This document shows, in pieces, positions 49,875 through 59,346 of a stretch of 64,000 nucleotides of DNA. The translations under genes were made by a program, and so were the position numbers. The notes under the pieces were generated by a model, which made no database searches, had not been told where the DNA came from, and was given only the letters and a program-made list of their open reading frames with translations. This DNA comes from an uncultured bacterium (GTDB lineage Bacteria; Fidelibacterota; Marinisomatia; Marinisomatales; TCS56), in NCBI GenBank assembly GCA_964628055.1, contig CAZVNL010000001.1:106170-170169 (forward strand), read 5' to 3'. Position 1 is the first letter of the stretch, and the number at the start of each line of letters is the position of its first letter.

Positions 49875-50792
49875 TTATGTCTCCAAATCGCCGATGACTT
49901 TACGTAAAAACCCGCCTTGCTCTTGCAGCAGTCGTTGGGCCTCTTCCCGGTCGCACCCCTTTCGTGCCATAACGATGGCCATTTTAACCGAGCCTCCTGA
50001 CCGTTCCAGGTACTCCCGGGCTTTTTCATAATGTAAGTCCGTTAACTGGGCGATGATTCTGGTGCCCCGATCCACTAGCTTATTGTTCACCACCTGAAGA
50101 TCTACCATCAGATTGCTGTAGACTTTCCCAATTCGAATCATGGTCGTTGTAGAAATCATGTTCAAAACCATCTTCGTTGCCGTACCTGATTTCATACGTG
50201 TGGAACCGGTGATGATTTCCGGACCCACGTCGACGGCCATGAGCACATCCACCTCCACAGGGACCAAGGGTTGAGGGTTACAAATGAGATACGCAGTTCT
50301 CGCACCGACGGATCGGCCATATTCTAATGCAGCGACGACGTAGGGTGTGGCACTGCTGCTGGCGATACCGATGATCAAATCTCCCGCAGAAACACCTGCC
50401 CTCTGTAGGTCCCGAGTGGCATCCTCCGGTTTATCTTCGGCACCTTCAATTGAGCGCACCAGGGCCTCCCGTCCACCGGCGATGATCCCTTGAAACCACT
50501 CCCGGGGAGCTGAATAGGTAGGTGGCATTTCGGTGGCATCTAAGACCCCCAAACGACCACTTGTCCCGGCCCCTACATAAAAAATGTGATGCCCCTTCCG
50601 CAAGGCTTCCTCGGCTAATTTCACCGCCTGGGAAATGGCCAGTAATACCTTCTCCACCGCGTAAGCAACCGTCTTGTCTTCGCGATTGATGATCTCCAAG
50701 ATTTCCTCCACGGAACGAGTATCAATACGGTGAGAATGTGGATTCTGCTGCTCAGTTGTGAGGTCCTTCCGCTCTTTAATATTCCGGTGCAT
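49875..50792 (-). CDS. murQ: N-acetylmuramic acid 6-phosphate etherase
   Basis: 305 aa. SIS domain with GAGTSGRLG and the characteristic ITGSTRMKSGTATKMVLN. Confidence 0.92.
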   Translation of the reverse strand: MHRNIKERKDLTTEQQNPHSHRIDTRSVEEILEIINREDKTVAYAVEKVLLAISQAVKLAEEALRKGHHIFYVGAGTSGRLGVLDATEMPPTYSAPREWFQGIIAGGREALVRSIEGAEDKPEDATRDLQRAGVSAGDLIIGIASSSATPYVVAALEYGRSVGARTAYLICNPQPLVPVEVDVLMAVDVGPEIITGSTRMKSGTATKMVLNMISTTTMIRIGKVYSNLMVDLQVVNNKLVDRGTRIIAQLTDLHYEKAREYLERSGGSVKMAIVMARKGCDREEAQRLLQEQGGFLRKVIGDLET

Positions 50793-50860
50793 GGTAATAA
50801 TTTACAGTGAATTCCCGTGGAGATATTAGTACTTCTTCTTGTATATTTACCGACCCAGCG

Positions 50861-51820
50861 ATGAAGAACCGCCCACTCAATCCCTCCCCTTGGCATCCGG
50901 TCTGGATCCTCCTTATCGCTGGTGTATTTCTGATTTCTAACTGTACCAAGAACCCCCAGATCAAACGAGACCGAAAACTGGAACACAGGTTGGGTGAAAT
51001 CATAGCACCTTTTCAGGGAGAGGTCGGCGTGTATGTATATCATTTAAAGCAACGCTGGGAAGCAGGAATCAATGAAGACCGATTATTTCCCACCGCGAGC
51101 ATGATCAAAATTCCCATTCTCCTGAAAATCTTCGAACGTATTGAGCGGGGGGACCTCCGGGAAGATTCCACCTTCTTTTATCACCAAGATACTATCAACT
51201 ATCCGTGGAAAGGCGCCGATGCTTTAGCTCGGTTTAAAGACGGGGAAGACATTACCCTGGGTAAACTCATCGCTTACATGCTTACCTTCAGTGACAATCA
51301 TGCCAGTTTATGGTTGCAGAAACTGGCTGGAACAGGAACGGCCATTAATGCCTGGTTGGAAGAACAAGGATTCAACAATACCCGGGTGAATTCCCGGACC
51401 CCGGGCCGGGAAAGGGACTACGAACAATACGGTTGGGGTCAAACCACCCCTCGTGAAATGGCCCAATTAATGCAGGTGATTTACGAAGGAAAGGCCATCA
51501 GCCCCCGAGCCAGCGAGGAAATGTACCGCTACCTGACTCGTAGTTACTGGGACGGCACGGCCCTGTCACAAATCCCTCCTTACGTCCAAACGGCCTCCAA
51601 ACAGGGCGCCGTGGACAGTTCACGTTCGGAGGTCGTGCTGGTAAATGCCCCCCATGGCGACTATGTTTTCTGCGTCATAACCAACCACCAACAGGATATT
51701 AGTTGGCATCGAGATAACGCTGGCTTTCTCCTAATCCGAGAAATATCAGCCTACCTGTGGCACTATTTTGAACCCACCTCCCAATGGACACCAGCACCAG
51801 GAATGGAAATCTATTGGTAA
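50861..51820 (+). CDS. Class A beta-lactamase-related serine hydrolase, probable lipoprotein
   Basis: SxxK = SMIK (PTASMIKIPIL) and SDN (FSDNHAS). The third motif is KQG instead of KTG. From ATG 50861 the N-terminus is MKNRPLNPSPWHPVWILLIAGVFLISNC (lipobox-like). Confidence 0.75.
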   Translation: MKNRPLNPSPWHPVWILLIAGVFLISNCTKNPQIKRDRKLEHRLGEIIAPFQGEVGVYVYHLKQRWEAGINEDRLFPTASMIKIPILLKIFERIERGDLREDSTFFYHQDTINYPWKGADALARFKDGEDITLGKLIAYMLTFSDNHASLWLQKLAGTGTAINAWLEEQGFNNTRVNSRTPGRERDYEQYGWGQTTPREMAQLMQVIYEGKAISPRASEEMYRYLTRSYWDGTALSQIPPYVQTASKQGAVDSSRSEVVLVNAPHGDYVFCVITNHQQDISWHRDNAGFLLIREISAYLWHYFEPTSQWTPAPGMEIYW

Positions 51821-51829
51821 TATCCCCTG

Positions 51830-52129
51830 GTGGCTTTAATGGGAAAAACGATTATTGGACTTTTATCTGTGGAATTGCTAGTCCCCGGTGCGGATTCATT
51901 GAAAGCCAAGCGCAAAGTGATAAAGAGTATGAAAGAACGCCTAGGGGCCAGGTTCAATGTGTCCGTGGCCGAAGTCGCCGACCAGGACAAATGGCAACGG
52001 TCGAATTTAGCCGTTTGCGCTGTGAGCAATGACCAACATTATTTACAAACACAACTTCAAAAGATCCTTCACTTCTTCGAACACAATCGGCAGTTAGAAA
52101 TCATCAACAGTACGATAGACTATTACTGA
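51830..52129 (+). CDS. DUF503 family protein (YlxP-like)
   Basis: 99 aa. IIGLLSVELLVPGADSLKAKRKVIKSMKERL..FNVSVAEV..QDKWQRSNLAV matches the DUF503 pattern. The start is GTG 51830 or ATG 51839. Confidence 0.75.
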   Translation: MALMGKTIIGLLSVELLVPGADSLKAKRKVIKSMKERLGARFNVSVAEVADQDKWQRSNLAVCAVSNDQHYLQTQLQKILHFFEHNRQLEIINSTIDYY

Positions 52130-52144
52130 AGTCGGTCTATCGCT

Positions 52145-53536
52145 TTACTTCGAAGGCAACTTTTCTTTTCGTTTCAAAGCGGAAAAATAACGTCGCGCTT
52201 CGGCCATCACTTTAGGAGAAAGTAAAAGCGCCGAGGTCATGGTAGGAATGGCCATAACCGCAAACATACCGTCTAAGAAATTGATTACAATATCAATAGA
52301 AACCAAGGCCCCGATAATCAGCGCCAGAATGTAAAAGCGATTGTACGTTTGTTTCCAACGAGTACCAAAAAGGTATCCCGTACATTTACACCCGTAATAA
52401 GAATAGCCAATCATCGTGGAGATGCTAAAGGTAATGACGGCAATTAAAAGTAGCAACCGTCCCACGGCTCCTAACTCTGAGGTGAAAGCATTGGTCGTAA
52501 GGGTGACCCCGTTGGCCGTGGACCCTTGCCAGGTTCCTGAAATGAGGATAACCAGAGCAGTAACGCTGCACACAATAATGGTGTCTATAAAAGGTCCTAA
52601 CATGGCCACGAGTCCTTCCCGGACGGCTTCTTTGGTCTTTGCCGCGCCGTGGGCCAGGGCTTCGGTGCCAATTCCAGCCTCGTTGGAAAAGGCTGCCCGT
52701 TTAGTCCCCGTGATGAGTACCACTCCCATAGCCCCTCCGGCCCCGGCCTTTCCCGTGAAAGCATCACTGACGACCAACGCCAGCAAGCCCGGGATCTGGG
52801 GAAAATTTCGAAGAAGAACAACCAGTCCCGCCAGCATGTACAGTGCCACCATGAAAGGAACCATGCGAGAGGCCACGTATCCAATGCGCTTAATCCCCCC
52901 GAAGATAACGCTAGAAACTAGACCCGCCATCACCAATCCCACGATGAGATTCCCCAGATGGGGAGATTGGACGAATAAACCATAAGGCCGAAACACTTCA
53001 TCACGAAAAATCTGCGTTAACTGGTTGGCTTGGAAAAGGGAAAGGCAGCCAAATAATCCCGCAACGCTGAATACAATTCCCAGGGGACGGAACTTTCTCC
53101 CTAACCCGGCCTCGATGAAATACATAGGTCCCCCCTGCACGTCTCCCCGGTCATCCTTCCCCCGGTAGAGAATCGCCAGGGTACAGGTGAAAAATTTCGT
53201 AGCCATTCCCACGACGGCGCTAACCCACATCCAGAACAGGGCTCCCGGGCCGCCGGTGTAGATCGCCACGGCCACACCGCTAATATTACCCATTCCCACC
53301 GTGCTGGCTAAGGCGCTGGAGAGGGCCTGGAAATGGGTAATGTCCCCCGGGTCGTCGGGATTATCGTACTTACCCCGCAAAATGTTCACTGCATGACCAA
53401 AAAAACGAAAAGGAACAAACCGACAATAAATCGTAAAATAGAGTCCACCCCCAATAAGGAGAACTAATAAGGGCGTCCCCCACATGAAATTGGAAAAACC
53501 AGACGTTATACGATCAATGACTCCTAAAATATCCAT
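52145..53536 (-). CDS. Alanine/glycine:cation symporter (AGCS family)
   Basis: 463 aa, polytopic. QALSSALASTVGMGNISGVAVAI and GGPGALFWMW are AGCS signatures. Confidence 0.9.
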   Translation of the reverse strand: MDILGVIDRITSGFSNFMWGTPLLVLLIGGGLYFTIYCRFVPFRFFGHAVNILRGKYDNPDDPGDITHFQALSSALASTVGMGNISGVAVAIYTGGPGALFWMWVSAVVGMATKFFTCTLAILYRGKDDRGDVQGGPMYFIEAGLGRKFRPLGIVFSVAGLFGCLSLFQANQLTQIFRDEVFRPYGLFVQSPHLGNLIVGLVMAGLVSSVIFGGIKRIGYVASRMVPFMVALYMLAGLVVLLRNFPQIPGLLALVVSDAFTGKAGAGGAMGVVLITGTKRAAFSNEAGIGTEALAHGAAKTKEAVREGLVAMLGPFIDTIIVCSVTALVILISGTWQGSTANGVTLTTNAFTSELGAVGRLLLLIAVITFSISTMIGYSYYGCKCTGYLFGTRWKQTYNRFYILALIIGALVSIDIVINFLDGMFAVMAIPTMTSALLLSPKVMAEARRYFSALKRKEKLPSK

Positions 53537-53635
53537 CCTTAGTCCCTGTAATGAAAGTGCGAAAGTGAGTGTTATTGATTTTTAAAATATACGCATTATA
53601 TTGAAATTCTCTTTCAGAAAAAGTCACTTTATCCT

Positions 53636-54727
53636 GTGAAACAAATTGACCGTTACCTTTTGAGACAATTCCTCAGCATCCTCGGGATGGCCTTGCTGGG
53701 GTTCCTCTGTATCTTTTTAATCGTTGACCTTATCGAAAACTTAGACCAATTCATCGATAACCAGGTGCCCTTTCCTATCGTTGCTCAATATTACTTCTAT
53801 ACCTTACCCTGGTTTGTGAATATCGGTTTGCCAATGGGGTTGCTCATCGCTACGGTCTTCAGTTTTGGTCTAATTGTAAAACGCAATGAATGGACGGCTA
53901 TGAAAGCTTCTGGAATCAGTTTGTACCGCATTTCCATCCCCTTGATTCTCATGGGGTTCCTTTTTAGTTACCTTTCGTTCGAATTTGACAATTACCTGGT
54001 AAGTTGGGGAAACCAAAAACGCTCTGAGATCGAAAAAAAATATTTCAAGAGAAGTTCCCGTCACCGCTACCGATCCGTTTACAAGGATGTTTTCCTTCAG
54101 AAGAAAGAGACCACCCACATAGCCATCGGGCGATACAACGTAAATCAAAAGAAGGCGCGGGGTGTGACCATATTGGTCTTCAACCAGGGATTGCTTAGCC
54201 AGCGTATTGACGCCAAGTTCATGACCTATATTGATTCCCTCCAGGCCTGGGCTGCCTCCAACTATTCCATCCGCAAATTCGATGCGACCGGCCAGGAAAT
54301 AGAAGCCAAAATTTCCTCACGGGATTCTTTACTCCAGGTAGATTTTGCTCCCGAGGACATTACTAAACAATCCAAGTTACCGGATGAACTAAGTTACCAA
54401 GAACTTACCGAGCGGATTCAGCAATTACGTGAGAACGGGGTGGACACGACCCGGTGGGAAGTCGTTCGTTATTTTAAGGTTTCTTTTGCCTTCACGAATC
54501 TTATCGTAGTTTTGTTTGGTATTCCTCTGGTGGTTACGCGGCCCCAGGGAGGGTTGACCTTCGGTGCCGGGATGAGCTTCCTGGTGATCTTCGCCTATTA
54601 TGCTTTCATCAAATTTGGGCAATCCCTGGGGTTTAAGGAAATATTAGAACCCTTCACCGCCGCATGGATAGGGAACGTAATTTTTATGTCAGGCGGAATA
54701 CTGCTACTGTTCTTCGCCCGGAAGTGA
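53636..54727 (+). CDS. LptF/LptG family LPS export permease
   Basis: 363 aa, GTG start. IDRYLLRQFL N-terminus, 6 TM helices, and a central periplasmic beta-jellyroll region. Confidence 0.88.
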   Translation: MKQIDRYLLRQFLSILGMALLGFLCIFLIVDLIENLDQFIDNQVPFPIVAQYYFYTLPWFVNIGLPMGLLIATVFSFGLIVKRNEWTAMKASGISLYRISIPLILMGFLFSYLSFEFDNYLVSWGNQKRSEIEKKYFKRSSRHRYRSVYKDVFLQKKETTHIAIGRYNVNQKKARGVTILVFNQGLLSQRIDAKFMTYIDSLQAWAASNYSIRKFDATGQEIEAKISSRDSLLQVDFAPEDITKQSKLPDELSYQELTERIQQLRENGVDTTRWEVVRYFKVSFAFTNLIVVLFGIPLVVTRPQGGLTFGAGMSFLVIFAYYAFIKFGQSLGFKEILEPFTAAWIGNVIFMSGGILLLFFARK

Positions 54728-56218
54728 ACTGCTCTCCTCCGGAGGAGGGGTCGTCGGTTGGACTTCCTCAGGTGTCTGAGGTTGAGTTTCTTCCGGAAGT
54801 GGTGCTGGGGTAGCCTCGATTGGTTCCTCTTTTTCGGTGGCTTTCCGGCTCTTGAAGCTGGTGATGGTTAGTTGGGCGGAGAGGTTTAACCCCTGCATGG
54901 TGTGTATCCAAATCCCGTTCCGGAAGGCAAAACCAAAATCAAAGATTAAAGGTCCTTTATGCACCCCCAGCCCCATGGATAATTCCTTGAAATCGGCCCC
55001 ACCCCAGGCGAATCCAACCCGCAAAGGAATGCTGGGGAACTTCTGATATTCCAACCCAATGGCCCAACGCCAGCCGGAATGGGCGAATAAACGATCCTCA
55101 AACCCGGTCCATAAGTCCGAACTTATTAAAATGTCGTTGGTCTTTTTAGAAATACCCACCCGGAAGATGGCCGGGTAATTCAATTTGAAAATACGGGGCT
55201 TCCCGTTTTTCGTAGTATCATACACAACCTGTTCTTCGGTGGAGTTTCGGTAGAATATGTCACCGGATAGGTTCTGAGCGTTAAGGGAGTCAATGCGGTA
55301 AATATAGCGGATGGCCATACTATCGTTAAGGACTTTTCCACCCCAGGTAAAATGAAAAAGGTCATCATCTGTGCCGTAGATATTATCGCTCCCGTCTAAA
55401 ATATCTTTCATTAAACTGGGCTTATTCCAGGTAATAGACCCAAGGGCATTAATGATGGAAAAACCTACACGCCAACCTTTTATTCTCCGGGTGGTAAACC
55501 CGACGTCCAATCCGAGACCACTGCCACCAATCCCCTGCCGCAGAAAGTAAACACCATCACCATACACCACTTCGTCACCGGAATACAAAGTTGCTCGGCT
55601 GGAATCGGGATCGATCCCTAAATAAAACAATCCCTGGAGATACTTGATGGTCAGCCCCCAGGCAAACTGGTCATAGGGTACCGCAAAAGAGAAACCGTAT
55701 TCGGTGACACCTAACACTTCGTATCCGAGGGTCATATCCAATTCAGGATGCTTGGCATTCCCCTCCAATAGAAATTGCAATATCCCTAAGGGGAAGCGAT
55801 AATTACTGAGATAAACCAGGTTAGAAGTAAAAGCCATATTCCCCGAAGCATAATTGATAACGGGCAGTGGAAGATGAAAGTCCTGGAAGAAGGTCAATCC
55901 ACCGCTGTTCTCGAATTTCTGCAATAATAGGCGTACATCATTGGCCCATAAGGTATCCCCGCTTATGGCATTTAGATTGGCCATGGAGAGGTAGTTTCCC
56001 ACGAATCCAAAATCAAACCCAACCAATTGCATCATGAAGGGTTTATCTTGTTGAAAGGCTAACAGAGCAGGATTATATCCTACCGCAAAGATACCGTCAG
56101 CAATGGTGGTATAAGCCCCAGCCAGGGACACTGCCCGGGGATCACGTTTGGTCTGCCCTTGCAGGAGAACCAGGGAGCCAGCCATTAAAATAACCAGCGA
56201 CAATCTTTTTAAGTTCAC
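54704..56218 (-). CDS. Putative outer-membrane beta-barrel (PorV/FadL/TraF-like) with Pro/Glu-rich C-terminal tail
   Basis: 504 aa. Signal peptide (LVILMAGSLVLLQG|Q), then RAVSLAGAYTTIADGIFAVGYNPALLA (the PorV/FadL-type N-terminal motif). Alternating-hydrophobic strands run throughout, and the barrel appears to end ...LTITSF. A tail of about 50 aa follows: KSRKATEKEEPIEATPAPLPEETQPQTPEEVQPTTPPPEESSS. The family call is tentative. Confidence 0.55.
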   Translation of the reverse strand: MNLKRLSLVILMAGSLVLLQGQTKRDPRAVSLAGAYTTIADGIFAVGYNPALLAFQQDKPFMMQLVGFDFGFVGNYLSMANLNAISGDTLWANDVRLLLQKFENSGGLTFFQDFHLPLPVINYASGNMAFTSNLVYLSNYRFPLGILQFLLEGNAKHPELDMTLGYEVLGVTEYGFSFAVPYDQFAWGLTIKYLQGLFYLGIDPDSSRATLYSGDEVVYGDGVYFLRQGIGGSGLGLDVGFTTRRIKGWRVGFSIINALGSITWNKPSLMKDILDGSDNIYGTDDDLFHFTWGGKVLNDSMAIRYIYRIDSLNAQNLSGDIFYRNSTEEQVVYDTTKNGKPRIFKLNYPAIFRVGISKKTNDILISSDLWTGFEDRLFAHSGWRWAIGLEYQKFPSIPLRVGFAWGGADFKELSMGLGVHKGPLIFDFGFAFRNGIWIHTMQGLNLSAQLTITSFKSRKATEKEEPIEATPAPLPEETQPQTPEEVQPTTPPPEESSSLPGEEQ

Positions 56219-59208
56219 CGTTGGGGTCGTCCTCTTTTTTTGTCACGCAACCAGGTTGAGCCGGAAGATAGGCGACCCGATTGGCGACCGCCACTGGTAA
56301 GGGAAAAATACCAACCGCTAATGTCCTCAACATCGGAATTGGAATCTGAAATACGAAGGCGCACACTATCGGGATTCAGTAAAATCGTGTTAATTCCCGA
56401 GGTGACAATGGGGGTCCATAAAAATGAGTCCACATTGGTATACTGAGTAACAACCTCGATCCAGTCACCCTCGGCGGGATCAGCCCCTGTGGCGATGTGC
56501 AAGTCCACCCTGGAAATTGTTCCGAATGTTTTCCAGCGAATCACGTGTTCTTCACTAACCTTCAGAGTTTCACCCCCATTGGGGTAGAGGATGACAATCT
56601 CATCGGGAGAAGTTTCCAGCATACCCGTGCTGCTGATCCGGAAGATCAGGGAAGACCGGATATCGATATAGTCGGTGACGGATAGGTACACTGGCTGCCG
56701 GGCGGTCATATCAGCATTCCAGGGAGAACCGTTCAAGTGGAAGCGAGGTGCGGTGTAATGTTCCCCGTAATCGGTAATGAGGAATATCCGATTGGTATCG
56801 ATGACACTGCTGTAACTGGTGATGCCCGGTTCAGCAACGGCGCCGGGGTAGCCTACCGTTGTCGTATCACCGTAAAGTGAAAGGGGATCCGGTAATAAAA
56901 CTTTTACTAACGTATCCACGTAGGAGATCACCGTATCAACCACCGCCCCGGCACGGTGCTTGACTAAATAAACAACACCATCAATACAGTCGCTGTAGTC
57001 ATTCATCACCTGGAAAATGTACAAGTTATTCAATCGTAAGGATCCTACCTGGAGGCTATCCAGGGCCGGGTTCAGAGCCACACAGTTGGTAACTACGTAG
57101 AGGCTGTCAGTGGGATCCCAACCCCGTTGGACCACCATGGAATCACGAAACACCCGCAACATCTCCGAGGTGGTGTCCAGGGGGAAAAAGGTATTATTGG
57201 AGAGTAGAATCGCGATCTCCCCCCCCACCGGAATATGATTCGTCACCGTGGTGATCAATTCCGCCCGGTAGAGAGAACTGCGAATGGTATTCCGCGTGTC
57301 ATAGTTCATTTCTTGAAGGGGAGTCTCGTTCACCGAAATGAAGGTCATGGGTTCCATGATCACCTCGAAAGGGGCCACCATGCGGTATTTAAATTTTATG
57401 AACCCTTCCGTTGTGATGGTCCCTCTTCCGGTAATACCAGCCTGAGCATTGACGAACAAATTCACCGGGTTGGCCGAAAGAAGATCTACAATGGTTTGCT
57501 CGCCAGCACCCGTAAGAACGGAATCGGACGGTAAGGAATCGGTAGGCAAAGCATAATAGTAGGTCTTGGTCCCTTCACGGCTGAGCTGAATCAACGTTTT
57601 TGCCGAGTCGTAGTCCGCAATGCCGCTGGTATCGATAGAACTGAGCACTCGCACCCGCACTGTGTCAGCCATTTGGGTTACCCCCACCATCTCGATATCC
57701 AGTTGTACTGGCAGACGAATAGTGTTCATTATTTCAAACTCGATGCGAACGTCGCTGAAGGCCATGCCTTCAAATCCCTGGGGCATTCCCTCAATGGTCT
57801 GTTGCGAGGAGGGGAAGGTAGTGATGATGAGCGCATCCAACGTCTCAAACTCCAGGGTGTTCACGGAAATGGACATGGACAAAGTTCCCAGATCAGAGCC
57901 GTCCAGAGGAATAAATGCCTGACCGGCATGGATAACGGGATTCACATCGATGACCATTTCCGTTAGGGCGCTGTCGGGGCTGATGGGATTGGCAAATTTA
58001 TAGCCGTCAATATCGAATGTGTTATTCACAACACCAACAGTGGGATTGAGAACCGTGTCGATCTTCACCGAATCCTGACCATCAGCAGAGACAAAATTCC
58101 GGAAGTTCATATAAAATCCCAGATCGAAGGGAAAGGTACTCTGAAGATTCAAAACTTTGATTTTATTCTTCAGGAAGGAGTTGGAGACGGTAAAGGTCCC
58201 CTGGTAAATCTTCACGCCCGAGGAATCGCCTTCTTCCATAAAACGCAGGGGAGGTAAACTGACCGGCAGAGGTGTTTCGGCGAGTTGAACCACCGCCGTG
58301 TCAAAACCGGTTATGGTGAAGCCAATTCGCAAGTTTATTTGCACCGAATCACCGGCGGGAATGGTGACGCTGGCCGCTGTGGTTTGGGCTACTTTTAGGG
58401 CCAGAGAGATCCGGATAGCCTCCAACAGAGTGCTGTCCCCCAGGGAAGTAGCAGCAATGTAGGATTCATTCGTCGCTACCGTATTTTGTACATGCCGTGC
58501 TAAGGTGTCAGGATTAGATACCGTGCCAGTAGAGAAGTAAATCTTTACGTTGGTAATGTCGGTGGGGAGACCATTGTTCTTCACGGTGGTTTGAAAGGCG
58601 CTACTATCACCCGTCACATCAGTCTTGATGATAAAACCTTCTACCGAGGTAACAAAGTCCGGCAGTTGGCTGGCATCTACAGGAAGGGGAACCTCGATGT
58701 CCTGCATTTCAGCGGGGATAACAAAGGCGCGGGCGATGGGGTTCCAGATCGTGCTATCTACGACGCGATCACTATTATCCGGGAAGTGGACAATCCCCGT
58801 GGTAGTAAGTAAGCTGTCTCCCAAGGGAATAGTGAAATTAAGGGCAGTATCCACCCGCACCGTGGATAGGTCGGTGGATTGTACCGTTTCGGTTATACCA
58901 GTATCAACGTTGACCTTAACCGTCAGGTAATTGGGATCAATGGCCCGGGGTGGCAGGGTATCTTCAAAGACCAGTTGCATCCCCTGTTTCCCATGAGGAA
59001 ATATGAGGCTACTGTCCACCATTTCCCCCAGGCCGTACCGCTGTTGTACCAGGGGGAACTTGATATCCACAAACCAGGTGGGCATTTTGAAATCGGCAGG
59101 ACTCTGGAAATCACACGCACCAGTGAAGAATAGCATACCCCCCACGGAAAGTACGGTGATCCACTTCCAGAGGTAGGAAATGTCGAGCCTCGGATTATTT
59201 TTCTGCAT
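56215..59208 (-). CDS. Large hypothetical secreted/lipoprotein (997 aa), beta-rich, with C-terminal Ig-like module
   Basis: N-terminus ...ITVLSVGGMLFFTGAC|DFQ (lipobox-like). The body is long, Thr/Ser/Val-rich and low in charge. The C-terminal module is ILYPNGGETLKVSEEHVIRWKTFG...VDLHI...WTP...VRLRISDSNSDVEDISGWYFSL, followed by a basic tail. A 4-nt overlap couples it to the downstream barrel gene. Confidence 0.6.
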   Translation of the reverse strand: MQKNNPRLDISYLWKWITVLSVGGMLFFTGACDFQSPADFKMPTWFVDIKFPLVQQRYGLGEMVDSSLIFPHGKQGMQLVFEDTLPPRAIDPNYLTVKVNVDTGITETVQSTDLSTVRVDTALNFTIPLGDSLLTTTGIVHFPDNSDRVVDSTIWNPIARAFVIPAEMQDIEVPLPVDASQLPDFVTSVEGFIIKTDVTGDSSAFQTTVKNNGLPTDITNVKIYFSTGTVSNPDTLARHVQNTVATNESYIAATSLGDSTLLEAIRISLALKVAQTTAASVTIPAGDSVQINLRIGFTITGFDTAVVQLAETPLPVSLPPLRFMEEGDSSGVKIYQGTFTVSNSFLKNKIKVLNLQSTFPFDLGFYMNFRNFVSADGQDSVKIDTVLNPTVGVVNNTFDIDGYKFANPISPDSALTEMVIDVNPVIHAGQAFIPLDGSDLGTLSMSISVNTLEFETLDALIITTFPSSQQTIEGMPQGFEGMAFSDVRIEFEIMNTIRLPVQLDIEMVGVTQMADTVRVRVLSSIDTSGIADYDSAKTLIQLSREGTKTYYYALPTDSLPSDSVLTGAGEQTIVDLLSANPVNLFVNAQAGITGRGTITTEGFIKFKYRMVAPFEVIMEPMTFISVNETPLQEMNYDTRNTIRSSLYRAELITTVTNHIPVGGEIAILLSNNTFFPLDTTSEMLRVFRDSMVVQRGWDPTDSLYVVTNCVALNPALDSLQVGSLRLNNLYIFQVMNDYSDCIDGVVYLVKHRAGAVVDTVISYVDTLVKVLLPDPLSLYGDTTTVGYPGAVAEPGITSYSSVIDTNRIFLITDYGEHYTAPRFHLNGSPWNADMTARQPVYLSVTDYIDIRSSLIFRISSTGMLETSPDEIVILYPNGGETLKVSEEHVIRWKTFGTISRVDLHIATGADPAEGDWIEVVTQYTNVDSFLWTPIVTSGINTILLNPDSVRLRISDSNSDVEDISGWYFSLTSGGRQSGRLSSGSTWLRDKKRGRPQR

Positions 59209-59346
59209 ACAAAGGGGACTGAAACGCCGGAAATTGAGGTGATTTAGGCAGCAATTCCAATAAAAATTCCTGCACTATCATAGGAAAACCAGCCCCCTTA
59301 ACAGTTATAAATCAAAGAATAATAAACGCAAAATAGGGGTTTGAGC

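Noticed and set aside
50621-51043. 140-aa minus-strand ORF spanning the murQ 5' end and the divergent spacer
   Set aside because: It overlaps two well-supported genes in other frames or on the other strand. It has no motif support.
52416-52985. 189-aa plus-strand ORF
   Set aside because: It is antisense to the AGCS symporter gene. Its Pro/Ala/Thr-rich composition is typical of the reverse frame of a membrane protein gene.
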